A stretch of 64,000 nucleotides of DNA. Origin: Thermodesulfobacteriota bacterium. Lineage in GTDB: Bacteria; Desulfobacterota_D; UBA1144; Nemesobacterales; Nemesobacteraceae. The position numbers were made by a program, and so were the translations under genes. Each line of letters starts with the position of its first letter. Positions within the stretch are counted from its first letter, which is position 1. Shown here one piece after another: positions 36,937 to 46,561 of the stretch. Where the stretch lies: the NCBI GenBank assembly GCA_965202785.1, contig OZ241855.1, forward strand, positions 480,001-544,000, given 5' to 3'. Below the pieces are notes generated by a model. The model made no database searches. It was given only the letters and a program-made list of their open reading frames with translations, and was not told the DNA's origin.

Positions 36937-38586
36937 ATGAGAAACCTCTTTTCCCCCGCGGGGGCACAGCCTCTTTTTTCATTCTCTGACGCAGAAGGCT
37001 TTTTCGGCCTCATGGTGGACAATCTCGTCCAGTATGTTCTGATCATGGTACTGCTCACCGGTCTTGTGGGTCTGCAAAGGGAGTTTGTTGTCTCCTCGGT
37101 CCTCCCGGCCATAGCGATATCGCTTATTATCGGCAACCTCTACTACGCCTGGCTCGCACAACGGCTCTCGGCAGCCACCGGAAGAAAAGACGTAACGGCG
37201 CTTCCCTATGGGGTAAACACGATTTCCCTGTTCGCCTTCATCTTCCTGGTAATGATCCCGGCGAAACTAGCGGCCGAAAGCCGGGGAGTTCCGCCTCAGG
37301 AAGCCGCGCTTGTGGCCTGGCGCGTCGGGGTCGCGGCTTGCTTTCTCTCCGGAATCATTGAACTCGCAGGATCCGTGATAGCCGAGAGGATCAGAAAGGC
37401 GACTCCGCGCGCCGCGCTGCTCACTTCCCTTGCCGGAATAGCCGTAGCGTTTCTCTGCATGGACTTTGCCGCAAGATGCTTCGCCTATCCTCTGGTCGCC
37501 CTGCTCTCTCTGGGAGTGCTGCTGTTCGCCCTGCTTTCAAGAATGAGACTTCCGCTTGGAATTCCGGGGGTCGGTCTGGCGCTCGTTCTGGGAATACTCA
37601 CCGCGTGGTTTCTCTTTGCAGCGGGATTCGGAGCGGAAACAACGGTGTCGGGACCTGCCGTGAGCCAAGCTCTTGGCGACGTGGGATTCTACCTGCCCAT
37701 TCCGATCCTGGGTGATCTAGTAGCTGGGCTTTCGGATCCCCTCGTACGCTCGGTGCTGATTCCAGTCGTGCTTCCTATGGGTCTTTACAACATCCTCGGA
37801 TCCCTTCAGAACATAGAGTCCGCCGAGGCCGCGGGAGACCCCTATCCCACCGGACCGTGCCTCGCGGTTAACGGCGCGGGATCGATAGCAGCGTCTCTTT
37901 TCGGGTCGTGCTTCCCGACGACCATATATATAGGACATCCGGGATGGAAAGAGATGGGAGCGAAAGGAGGCTACTCGGTAATAAACGGAATTTTCTTTGC
38001 CGTGGTGTCGCTTGTCGGCCTGGGTTCCCTGGTCTCGGCGCTGGTGCCGATTGAAGCCGCCGGAGTAATACTTATATGGATAGGACTCGTGATGACGTCC
38101 CAGGCGTTTCAGACCACTCCCCGCTCACATGCCCCAGCCGTGGCCCTAGGGCTGATACCCGCACTCGCGGCTTGGGGAACCGTGGTGGTTTCCCAGACTG
38201 TTTCGGCAGTGGGAGCCGCTATCTCGGACGGTTCGGTGGCCACGCGCGCGTTTGAGAACCTCAATGTGTTTATTTTCTCGGGTCTTCAGCTGCCAGGACT
38301 GGTAGCGCTTTCCCAGGGATTCATGCTTTCGTCGGTGGTCTGGGCCGCAACAGCCGTCTGCCTCGTTGAACGCAGGCTTAACCAGGCGGCAGCGTGGATG
38401 GGAACGGGAGCTGTGATGGCGTTTTTCGGTTTCATACACGCGGGAGAGATCTCGGTTGAAGGAAATCTTTATTCTCTTGGTTTCGGAACGGGAGCCAAGT
38501 GGGCGGTCGGATACGCTCTTTCGGCCGTCTTTTTCATGATTGTCTCCCACGTTAACCGCAAAAGCGGCGGGGGCGCAACAGGTTGA
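36937..38586 (+). CDS. NCS2/AzgA-like nucleobase permease
   Basis: Many TM helices; GNLYYAW, TALPYG, NIESAEAAGD, FPTTIYIGHPGWK. Confidence 0.8.
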   Translation: MRNLFSPAGAQPLFSFSDAEGFFGLMVDNLVQYVLIMVLLTGLVGLQREFVVSSVLPAIAISLIIGNLYYAWLAQRLSAATGRKDVTALPYGVNTISLFAFIFLVMIPAKLAAESRGVPPQEAALVAWRVGVAACFLSGIIELAGSVIAERIRKATPRAALLTSLAGIAVAFLCMDFAARCFAYPLVALLSLGVLLFALLSRMRLPLGIPGVGLALVLGILTAWFLFAAGFGAETTVSGPAVSQALGDVGFYLPIPILGDLVAGLSDPLVRSVLIPVVLPMGLYNILGSLQNIESAEAAGDPYPTGPCLAVNGAGSIAASLFGSCFPTTIYIGHPGWKEMGAKGGYSVINGIFFAVVSLVGLGSLVSALVPIEAAGVILIWIGLVMTSQAFQTTPRSHAPAVALGLIPALAAWGTVVVSQTVSAVGAAISDGSVATRAFENLNVFIFSGLQLPGLVALSQGFMLSSVVWAATAVCLVERRLNQAAAWMGTGAVMAFFGFIHAGEISVEGNLYSLGFGTGAKWAVGYALSAVFFMIVSHVNRKSGGGATG

Positions 38587-39242
38587 CCGATAGAGGCGAC
38601 TCCCGAAAAATACGGGATTTCTACTCCGCTCTTTACGAGAGATACGGCCCGCAGGACTGGTGGCCCGCCCGGACAAAGTTTGAGTGCGCAACGGGAGCCA
38701 TACTCACTCAGAACACCTCCTGGAAGAACGTGGAAAAAGCCATAGAGGCGCTCAGGGCAAACTCCATGCTTTCTGCGGAGAAGATAAAAGCGGCATCGCA
38801 CGAGCGCCTCGCCGCCCTGATCCGCCCTTGCGGATATCACAACTTAAAAGCCAAGAGACTTAAGAACTTCATCGACTTCCTGTTTGCCGGTTACGGAGGG
38901 ATGATGGAGAACATGCTGGCTGAGAATACCGACAGACTCAGGGAAAAGCTGCTCTCGGTAAACGGCATCGGCGAAGAGACGGCTGACTCAATACTGCTCT
39001 ACGCGCTCGGCAAACCCGTGTTCGTGGTCGATAACTACTCCCGCAGAATTCTCCGCCGCCACCGCCTGATCCCCGAGGGAGCAAGCTACTCGGAAATGCA
39101 GAAACTTTTTGTGCGAAGCCTTTCTGTGGACACAGAAGTTTTCGGAGAGTACCACGCGCTCATAGTGAAGACGGGAAAGCTTCACTGCCGGAAGACCCCT
39201 AGCTGTGAAGGCTGTCCGCTTGAACATGATCCGCACGATTGA
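38583..39242 (+). CDS. Endonuclease III-related HhH-GPD protein
   Basis: GPQDWWP, GAILTQNTSW, GIGEETADSILLYA, VVDNY, C-x5-C-x2-CPL. Confidence 0.88.
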   Translation: MTDRGDSRKIRDFYSALYERYGPQDWWPARTKFECATGAILTQNTSWKNVEKAIEALRANSMLSAEKIKAASHERLAALIRPCGYHNLKAKRLKNFIDFLFAGYGGMMENMLAENTDRLREKLLSVNGIGEETADSILLYALGKPVFVVDNYSRRILRRHRLIPEGASYSEMQKLFVRSLSVDTEVFGEYHALIVKTGKLHCRKTPSCEGCPLEHDPHD

Positions 39243-39459
39243 TTCCGCAACAAACTCTCTTTAGCCGGAAATAAAGGGAATTATCAGTTACATAAACCAC
39301 GGTCGGGAACCTGCAACTCGCGGGTTCTCTCGTCCGCCATAGCAGTTTCCTAATTTTGGTTGCGGGAAATGGTATAGAGTTCGCTATATATGTTAAGACT
39401 ACTCCGCGCTACCCAAAAACAGGTTACTCCACAGGTTCTTTCTGTGTTATATTCTCAAC

Positions 39460-39587
39460 TGTGCGAGTTGAAAGAGCCCTGCTATGTCGGGTCTCCGTTA
39501 ATACAACACCCGTTCTAGTGAAATAAGCAGAAAGTCTGAAAACTCTTTCGACTAGCACAAGGTTCGCACCCACGTGCGTCGCAAACC
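39460..39587 (+). ncRNA. Candidate structured RNA/leader of unknown family
   Basis: Long outer stem 39460-39476/39543-39559 with nested inner stems and a downstream hairpin; preceded by TATATT. Confidence 0.35.
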
Positions 39588-39607
39588 AAGGCTAGGTGTA
39601 AGAAATT

Positions 39608-40708
39608 TTGATGAGACAAGCTTTATCTGCCCTTGTAGTTGTATTGCTTTTCGTTGTTAGCTGTGGTGGAGGCGAGGGAGATACTGCTGCTGTTCAATCA
39701 GCAAATGATAGGGAACCAACCTGCCTTTTTTCTGCAGATGAAGAAATTCTTTTTCATCAACCGGAGAACTACCACTATTTAGAAAATCTTTGTTCTGATG
39801 GTTCGGTAGTTTCGTATTTTTGTCGTTTTCCCGGTTCTGATAGTACCATCATTTTTAGTGCCGGTGACGACGAAGGTTCCTTAGACAATATCTGTAAAGA
39901 ACTACAGTCCCGTGAGACAGGAATTCCTGTAGGGGTAAGTGAATATAATGAATGCGTGAATGCTGACGATCTGCTTATATATTTTAACAGTTTTTCGCTT
40001 GACCGGTTCACTGTCCGTCCAGAGGTTAGCCTAGCGGAAGGAACTACGGACTTTCAAAAAAATATTGTATGGCGTGCCGTCAAGTTTTTAAACGCCTCCC
40101 TTCCCGATGACTACAAGATAAGAATACGACCTGAGTATATACCCGCCCGAAGTGGCAAACCCCCAAGTGGCGAAATATATATTGATTTTGCCCCTAAAGA
40201 AGAGTGGCAGGATGTAGGAAATTCAGACATGGAAGATTTCATAGCATTGGCGAACTCGTATTCTTCTTCTGATGAACTTTCTGTTCATATCTGGGTCGAC
40301 CCTCAATACATTCAAATCAGGTTTCTGAAGGGTGAGGATGGATTTGAAGAGAGAGTTAACAGAAATGAGAGAGATGCAAACAACATAGCGTTGTTAAGTC
40401 ATGAGTTGCTTCACGCCCTCGGCTTCTCCGGGCATGTTTTTGCCCAAACATTTGGGTCAATAACATTTGCATCAGTTAGGTCAATTATGGTGCCGTATGC
40501 TCAAATCACTGGTACAAGCGCAACCATTGGCGAAACCAGGATAAGAGTCCCCTTTAAAATAGCACTTAAAAATGGACTTCTTCCAGAAGCGGATAGGGCA
40601 GGTTTAAGGTACCTGTATGAAGAGCTTGAACCGGGGGATTCGTCACAGAGCATTGAAGAAGCAGACCTTGATGCATGGCTTGTGGACAAAGGTTGCTTCA
40701 GCCAGTAA
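39608..40708 (+). CDS. Lipoprotein metzincin-type zinc metalloprotease
   Basis: VVSC-GGG lipobox, HELLHALGFSGH, downstream SIM Met-turn; AT-richer than the core genes. Confidence 0.75.
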   Translation: MMRQALSALVVVLLFVVSCGGGEGDTAAVQSANDREPTCLFSADEEILFHQPENYHYLENLCSDGSVVSYFCRFPGSDSTIIFSAGDDEGSLDNICKELQSRETGIPVGVSEYNECVNADDLLIYFNSFSLDRFTVRPEVSLAEGTTDFQKNIVWRAVKFLNASLPDDYKIRIRPEYIPARSGKPPSGEIYIDFAPKEEWQDVGNSDMEDFIALANSYSSSDELSVHIWVDPQYIQIRFLKGEDGFEERVNRNERDANNIALLSHELLHALGFSGHVFAQTFGSITFASVRSIMVPYAQITGTSATIGETRIRVPFKIALKNGLLPEADRAGLRYLYEELEPGDSSQSIEEADLDAWLVDKGCFSQ

Positions 40709-41093
40709 ATCAAGCTTCCTTGCCTTCTCGGGGACAGATCCTATATTATCCCCCGAACAGATAATTCCCTGCACAAACGAATTTGACGTTGGAGATGTGG
40801 TCTAGATACTGATGGGCGGAAGACCGATCTCGGAGATTATATTGAGTATTGGAAGATCAGGATTCCGAGTAAGAATCCGAAGGCTAAAATAGGAAAAAAT
40901 ATTGCCCACTGCAAGAGACTAAAAGACCTTCCACGTCATTTCAACACTTGGAATCGTCAAGGCGATGAACGGAAGCGCCCATGCCCTGAAAATCACCGTG
41001 AAGCGATCTTTGCAGCATTTCGCCATGCTTTGACCTACCAGCTCAGAGAAATAGTTTCTTGAATAAAACCGGAGCTTCGGTCAGAGAAGATAT

Positions 41094-41447
41094 CTATCCT
41101 TTCTTAGAAGTAGCAAACTCCACCACGGCCTTGAAGCTCTCCGGGTTTCTTACGGCAAGCTCAGAGAGGCTTTTACGGTCAAGCTCGACCCCCGATTTCT
41201 TGAGCGCGTCAATGAACCTGCTGTAGGAAAGGCCGAAGGGTCTTACTCCGGCATTTATCCTCATGATCCAAAGCGCCCTGAAATCCCTTTTTCTGCGGCG
41301 CCGGTCCCTGTAGGAATAGGCAAGCGCCCTGAGTATGGTTTCCTTCGCCCTTCTGAAATTGTTTTTTCTTCTGCCCCAGTAACCCTTGGCGAGCTTAAGA
41401 ACTCTTTTTTTCCGTCTTCTGGAAGTAACTCCTCTTTTTATACGCAT
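41094..41447 (-). CDS. rplT: 50S ribosomal protein L20
   Basis: [24 protein letters not shown]. Confidence 0.97.
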   Translation of the reverse strand: MRIKRGVTSRRRKKRVLKLAKGYWGRRKNNFRRAKETILRALAYSYRDRRRRKRDFRALWIMRINAGVRPFGLSYSRFIDALKKSGVELDRKSLSELAVRNPESFKAVVEFATSKKG

Positions 41448-41470
41448 CGGTATTCTCCGTCTCTATCAGC

Positions 41471-41668
41471 TCACAGGTAAGGAACATAGGTCTTGATCTT
41501 CTTGGCGGCGGAACCTTCAATGAAGTCCGGCTCCAGTAGTCTCCGCATTCTCTTTGAGCTTTTCTTTACGTTTATATGGCTTTTGCCGCCCTTGTTTCTC
41601 CTTATCTTTCCGCTTCCCGTAGCGGAAAATCTTTTCGCCGCGCTGCGGTTCGTTTTCATCTTAGGCAT
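41471..41668 (-). CDS. rpmI: 50S ribosomal protein L35
   Basis: MPKMKTNRSAAKRF; between infC and rplT. Confidence 0.96.
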   Translation of the reverse strand: MPKMKTNRSAAKRFSATGSGKIRRNKGGKSHINVKKSSKRMRRLLEPDFIEGSAAKKIKTYVPYL

Positions 41669-41680
41669 TTGGTACATCCC

Positions 41681-42220
41681 TCACTGTTTTTTTGCCGGTA
41701 CAAGAATCATTATCAGGTTCTTGCCCTCTATTTTGGGCTCCATGTCGACCGAGGCCACATCGGACAGTTTTTCGCGAACATCATTGGCAAGCTCGCGGCC
41801 GAGTTCCGGATGAACTATTTCCCTGCCCCTGAAAAATATCCTCATCCTGGTTTTATGACCCGCTTCAAGAAAACTCTTCATCCGGTTTACCTTAACTTCA
41901 AGGTCGTGTTCTCCTATGTTGGGTCGAAATTTTATCTCCTTTATGGTCTGATCTTTCTGTTTTTTTGCGCTCCGCTGCTTTTTAAGCTCGTACTTGAACT
42001 TCCCGTAATCCATGAGCCTGCATACGGGGGGAGTGGCGTTTGATGCAACCTCAACCACATCGACTCCCTTTTCCTCCGAAATCCGCAAAGCGTCTTCAAT
42101 ACTTACGATTCCCAGCTGCTCACCTTCGACATCTATGAGCCTGACCTCCTTTGCGGTAATCCTCCTGTTAATGCGAGTCTCAGGAACACGGGGCCTAGAA
42201 TTGCTTCTCCTTCTAGCTAT
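41681..42220 (-). CDS. infC: Translation initiation factor IF-3 (probable ATA start)
   Basis: RINRRI, PPVCRLMDYGKFKYE, KEIKFRP; GGAGGT sits 6 nt before an in-frame ATA at 42220. Confidence 0.95.
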   Translation of the reverse strand: MARRRSNSRPRVPETRINRRITAKEVRLIDVEGEQLGIVSIEDALRISEEKGVDVVEVASNATPPVCRLMDYGKFKYELKKQRSAKKQKDQTIKEIKFRPNIGEHDLEVKVNRMKSFLEAGHKTRMRIFFRGREIVHPELGRELANDVREKLSDVASVDMEPKIEGKNLIMILVPAKKQ

Positions 42221-44142
42221 ACCGTTACCTCCATCCACCTGTAGGGATCGTTCTCCTCGGTGACGATTTCAATAAAATCATCCACAGGCAACGCCTCCAT
42301 GGCGTCCCCACCGTATTTTCTCGGAGCAACCGTTCCCGTTTCAACCTCCTTGTCTCCTACAACCAGCAGATAGGGAATTTTCATTACCTGCGCTTCCCTA
42401 ACCTTATATCCTAGCTTCTCGTTTCGCAAATCACTGCCGACCCTGATTCCCCGGCGCCGAAGCTCGGCGCAGACTTCCTCGCAGTACTCGGCCTGGTTCT
42501 GCCCCACTGATGCCACCCTCACCTGCTCGGGGCTGAGCCAGAGCGGAAACGCTCCCCCGTAATGTTCTATCAGGATTCCGAAGAACCGCTCGATCGAGCC
42601 GAATATGGCCCTGTGTATCATTATCGGGGTATGTCTAGCGTTATCCTCACCCACAAACTCCATTTCAAACCGCTCGGGCAGGTTGAAATCTACTTGAATA
42701 GTTGAGCACTGCCAAGCCCTGCCTATCACGTCCTTTATCTTAAGATCTATTTTGGGACCGTAAAACGCTCCCCCACCGCGGTCCACTCCGTAGGGAAGAC
42801 CAACATCTGAGAGGGCCTGCTCGATAGCCTCTATTGACCTCTCCCAGTTCTCCTCGCTTCCGACGAATTTCTCCGGGCGCGTCGAAAGGAAAATCTCGTA
42901 ATTATCAAACCCAAAAGTTCTCAGAAAATCCAGAGTGAGGTGAAGCACCCCGGAGACCTCTTCGCGTATCTGGTCAGGTCGGCAGAATATGTGGGCATCG
43001 TCCTGAGAAAACCCCCTCACCCTCAGAAGGCCGTGAAGAACCCCCGAGCGCTCGTACCTGTATACGGTTCCTATCTCTGCCCACCTGATCGGCAGGTCCC
43101 TGTAGCTTCTCGTTTTTGACTTGTAGATCAGTATGTGGAAAGGGCAGTTCATTGGCTTTACCTGGTAATCGGAGTTTTCAACCTCCATGCACGAGAACAT
43201 GTTCTGCGAGTAGAAGTCCACGTGACCGCTTGTGCGCCAGAGATCAAGCTTGGCCATGTGCGGGGTGTAGAGCAGCTCGTAACCCTTGGAGACATGCTCC
43301 TTCTTCCAGAAATCCTCTATAACGCTCCTTACCTTAGCCCCCCTCGGATGCCAGAGAATAAGGCCGGGGCCTATCTCGTCGTTCACACTGAAAAGGTCAA
43401 GCTCTCTTCCAAGCTTGCGGTGATCCCTTTTTTTGGCCTCCTCAAGGTCGCGCAGATACTTGCGCAGATCTTTTTTGTCCCAGAATGCCGTTCCGTAGAT
43501 TCTCTGGAGCATCGGGTTGTTCTCGTTGCCCCTCCAGTAAGCCCCCGCGGAACTCGTGAGCTTAAAAGCCTTTATGAGCCCGGTTGAGGGGAGATGTGGA
43601 CCCCTGCAGAGATCATACCAGTCAGTCTGATCGTATATGGTTATCTCCTCCCCTGCGGGGAGATCGTTTATTATCTCAACCTTGTAGTTCTCCTTTATCC
43701 CGGAGAAAGTGGCGACGGCATCCTCCCTGGTGACCGATTTTCTCACAACAGGGCGGTTTTTCTTTGTTATCTCAAGCATCTTCGCTTCGATGTTCTCAAG
43801 GTCCTCGGGAGTAAAGCCCCTTTCGAAATCAAAGTCGTAGTAAAATCCGTTCTCTATCACGGGACCTATGGTGACCCGGGCTTCGGGGAAAAGAGACTGG
43901 ACGGCTTCGGCCAGAACGTGGGCCGTGGTGTGCCGCAGCAATCCCAAAGATGCTTCGGTATTGCTTTTTACGGGCAGAAGATCGCAGTCGCCCTCAAGAC
44001 GGTGCCAGAAATCAACAATCTGGCCATCTACGGCGGCGCCTACAACGCGCTTGTCACCGTCAAGTTCCGCCAGCACTTCCCCGACGGTGATTCCCGAAGA
44101 AAAAGTGCTCTGCTCTCCGTCTATATTTACCTGTATATCCAA
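42217..44142 (-). CDS. thrS: Threonine--tRNA ligase
   Basis: RHTTAH, DLCRGPH, KPMNCPFH, FYGPKID, HRAIFGSIERF. Confidence 0.98.
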   Translation of the reverse strand: MDIQVNIDGEQSTFSSGITVGEVLAELDGDKRVVGAAVDGQIVDFWHRLEGDCDLLPVKSNTEASLGLLRHTTAHVLAEAVQSLFPEARVTIGPVIENGFYYDFDFERGFTPEDLENIEAKMLEITKKNRPVVRKSVTREDAVATFSGIKENYKVEIINDLPAGEEITIYDQTDWYDLCRGPHLPSTGLIKAFKLTSSAGAYWRGNENNPMLQRIYGTAFWDKKDLRKYLRDLEEAKKRDHRKLGRELDLFSVNDEIGPGLILWHPRGAKVRSVIEDFWKKEHVSKGYELLYTPHMAKLDLWRTSGHVDFYSQNMFSCMEVENSDYQVKPMNCPFHILIYKSKTRSYRDLPIRWAEIGTVYRYERSGVLHGLLRVRGFSQDDAHIFCRPDQIREEVSGVLHLTLDFLRTFGFDNYEIFLSTRPEKFVGSEENWERSIEAIEQALSDVGLPYGVDRGGGAFYGPKIDLKIKDVIGRAWQCSTIQVDFNLPERFEMEFVGEDNARHTPIMIHRAIFGSIERFFGILIEHYGGAFPLWLSPEQVRVASVGQNQAEYCEEVCAELRRRGIRVGSDLRNEKLGYKVREAQVMKIPYLLVVGDKEVETGTVAPRKYGGDAMEALPVDDFIEIVTEENDPYRWMEVTV

Positions 44143-44167
44143 CCGATTCGTCCCCTGGCTCGTATCG

Positions 44168-44239
44168 TGAGCACGGCAGGATTTGAACCTGCGACCCCTT
44201 GCACGTCAAGCAAGTGCTCTGCCACTGAGCTACGTGCTC
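44168..44239 (-). tRNA. tRNA-Val(GAC), CCA not encoded
   Basis: Reverse complement GAGCACG TAGCTCAGTGGCAGAGCA CTTGC-TT GAC GT-GCAAG GGGTC GCAGG TTCAAAT CCTGC CGTGCTC A gives a full cloverleaf. Confidence 0.95.
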
Positions 44240-44361
44240 AAAAACTTGGTATTGTCTTTAATTATCCCGTATTGTCAAGAACGGCGGGGACGCTTGAGAA
44301 TGACGGTGGTTTCGGGTAGTTTCACCATTCAGTCAAAGCGTCCCGCAAAAACGGGAATCAA

Positions 44362-45263
44362 GTGACGGAACCATTCGCAAAACTATACTCAACACGGATT
44401 TCATCGGGCTCGGAGAAACCAGGAGGGGCAAGGTAAGGGATATCTATGATCTCGGCGAGTGTATCGTGATGATAGCCACCGATCGCATCTCGGCCTTCGA
44501 CGTGATACTTCCAAACGGAATACCCGCAAAGGGCGAGGTGCTGAACCGCATCTCCGAGTTCTGGTTTCGAAAAACAGAGGATATCATTCCGAACCACATG
44601 ATCTCGACAGACCCAGAGGATTTTCCCGAGGCCTTCGGGAACCACTCCGAGACGATTGCCGGACGGTCCATGCTCGTGAAAAAGACCGACCCGCTTCCAG
44701 TGGAGTGCGTCGTAAGAGGATATATAAGCGGTTCGGGGTGGGAGGAATACAAAAAAACCGGTTCCGTCTGCGCAATACCCCTCGGGGAAGGCCTCGTTGA
44801 GTCGCAGAAGCTTCCCGAACCCATCTTCACCCCGTCAACCAAGGCCGAGCAGGGAACCCACGACGAGAACATAACGTTCGGGAAAGTGCGCGAGATGATA
44901 GGCGAGGAGCTGGCGGGCAGGGTACGGGACACAAGCATCGAGATTTACACTGCCGCCGCCGGAGTAGCCGAGGAGAAGGGGATCATAATAGCCGACACAA
45001 AATTCGAGTTCGGGATAGACACCGACACTGAAGAACTCATCCTGATAGATGAGGCCCTGACGCCGGATTCCTCAAGATTCTGGCCCCTGGCGGACTACGC
45101 TCCCGGCGGACCGCAGACGAGTTTTGACAAGCAGTTCGTAAGGGATTACCTCAAACAGACAGGCTGGGACAGAAATCCCCCGGCGCCCGAGCTCCCACCC
45201 GACATAGTGAGAAAAACAAGCGAAAAGTATCTTGAGATGCTCAGGCTTTTCTGCGGAGAATAG
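44362..45263 (+). CDS. purC: Phosphoribosylaminoimidazolesuccinocarboxamide synthase; 5' end apparently frameshifted or with a non-canonical start
   Basis: GKVRDIY (44427-44447, upstream of the called start at 44466), [38 protein letters not shown]. Confidence 0.92.
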
Positions 45264-45267
45264 CGCC

Positions 45268-45444
45268 TTGGGAAAAACGAAGTCTCCATGTAACGGCATA
45301 TGCATAATGGACGAGGACACGGAGCTCTGCGTCGGATGCCTTCGCACAAGCGACGAGATAGCGAACTGGGAGGATTATTCAGACGAGCAGAGAGCTGAAG
45401 TCATGCGTGAAATAACGCAGCGGGAAGCGGAGCAGAACCAGTGA
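45268..45444 (+). CDS. DUF1289-family small Cys-rich protein
   Basis: SPCNGIC...CVGCLRTSDEIANW. Confidence 0.8.
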   Translation: MGKTKSPCNGICIMDEDTELCVGCLRTSDEIANWEDYSDEQRAEVMREITQREAEQNQ

Positions 45445-46253
45445 AGACCGTGAGTGTCCTCGGCTGCGGCTGGCTCGGAGAGCCGCTCGCACTCTCCCTC
45501 AAGGAAGCAGGTTTCTCGGTAAGAGGATCGGTCAGAAAGCCCGAGGGGCTCACCGCCCTTTCGGAAAAGGGGATAGAGCCCTACCTTCTAGATATAGCCC
45601 CCGAGGTAAACGCAGACAGAGCGGATGAATTTTTCTCCTCTGACGTTCTTTTCATAAACTTTCCCCCAGAGCGAAGAGACGACATCGAGACCTACCACGA
45701 AAAGCAGATCGAAAACCTCATCGAAGCAATACCGAACCCCCGGGGGAAAATGGTCATTTTCGCCAGTTCAACCTCCGTTTACCCGAACACAAACGGAGTC
45801 GTGAGGGAAGACGACTCCCTCCATCCCGACAAGCCGTCGGGAAAGGCTCTTGTGCGCGTGGAGAAGCTTTTAACGGATAACCCCGAATTCGATACGACCG
45901 TGATACGTTTTTCAGGACTCATAGGCTACGACAGGGCTCCAATAAAGTCGATAAGAAGAAAGAAAATGGTGGTTAACCCCGACTGCCCTCTTAACCTCAT
46001 ACACCGCGACGACTGCATAGGAATTGTGAAAAGCATAATAGATCTCGACGTGAGAAATACGGTGCTCAACGCCACCTGCGATGAGCATCCAACAAGAAGG
46101 GAGTACTACTCGCGTGAAGCCCGGAAATACGAAATCCCGCCGCCGCTTTTCGAAACGGAAAATCCCCCGAAGTACAAGATAGTCTCAAACGAAAAACTCA
46201 AGGAAACGCTCGGGTACAGACTGATTTATCCAGATCCGCTTGGGATTCCTTGA
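45441..46253 (+). CDS. NAD(P)-dependent atypical SDR oxidoreductase (YeeZ-like)
   Basis: GCGWLG Rossmann motif, SSTSVY, NLIHRDD. Confidence 0.88.
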   Translation: MKTVSVLGCGWLGEPLALSLKEAGFSVRGSVRKPEGLTALSEKGIEPYLLDIAPEVNADRADEFFSSDVLFINFPPERRDDIETYHEKQIENLIEAIPNPRGKMVIFASSTSVYPNTNGVVREDDSLHPDKPSGKALVRVEKLLTDNPEFDTTVIRFSGLIGYDRAPIKSIRRKKMVVNPDCPLNLIHRDDCIGIVKSIIDLDVRNTVLNATCDEHPTRREYYSREARKYEIPPPLFETENPPKYKIVSNEKLKETLGYRLIYPDPLGIP

Positions 46254-46500
46254 CGTGGTTTCAAGTTCGAAACGCAACTTTTCGGCTCTGCCTTGGCAAC
46301 CCCCCTCGGTGTACCACGATGACCATCACCACTACTTCCATGTAAACTATGGACAACACCTGATGATCTGGGACCGTTTGCACGGCACTCTGCGCAGGCA
46401 GAATCGACGCTACGGCAAAGAGATTTTTGGCGGGTTTGGCGCACCCGACAGTAAGGATGGTGGACAGCAGGACAAACTCGGGCCATTCGTCAAGTACTGA
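46254..46500 (+). pseudogene. 3' fragment of a sterol desaturase/fatty-acid hydroxylase gene
   Basis: Only the last His box and tail are present: HDDHHHYFHVNYG...WDRLHGT. No room upstream for the rest of the gene. Confidence 0.75.
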
Positions 46501-46561
46501 CGAAAGGCTCATGCGGTTAGGTACGGTTCCGTAGGATGCTTCGCCAGACCTTCAGTGGAAA

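Noticed and set aside
39460-39600. 6S RNA
   Set aside because: Some short similar words (CCCTGC..., CACCCAC), but the paired region is too short and lacks the closing stem and central bubble layout.
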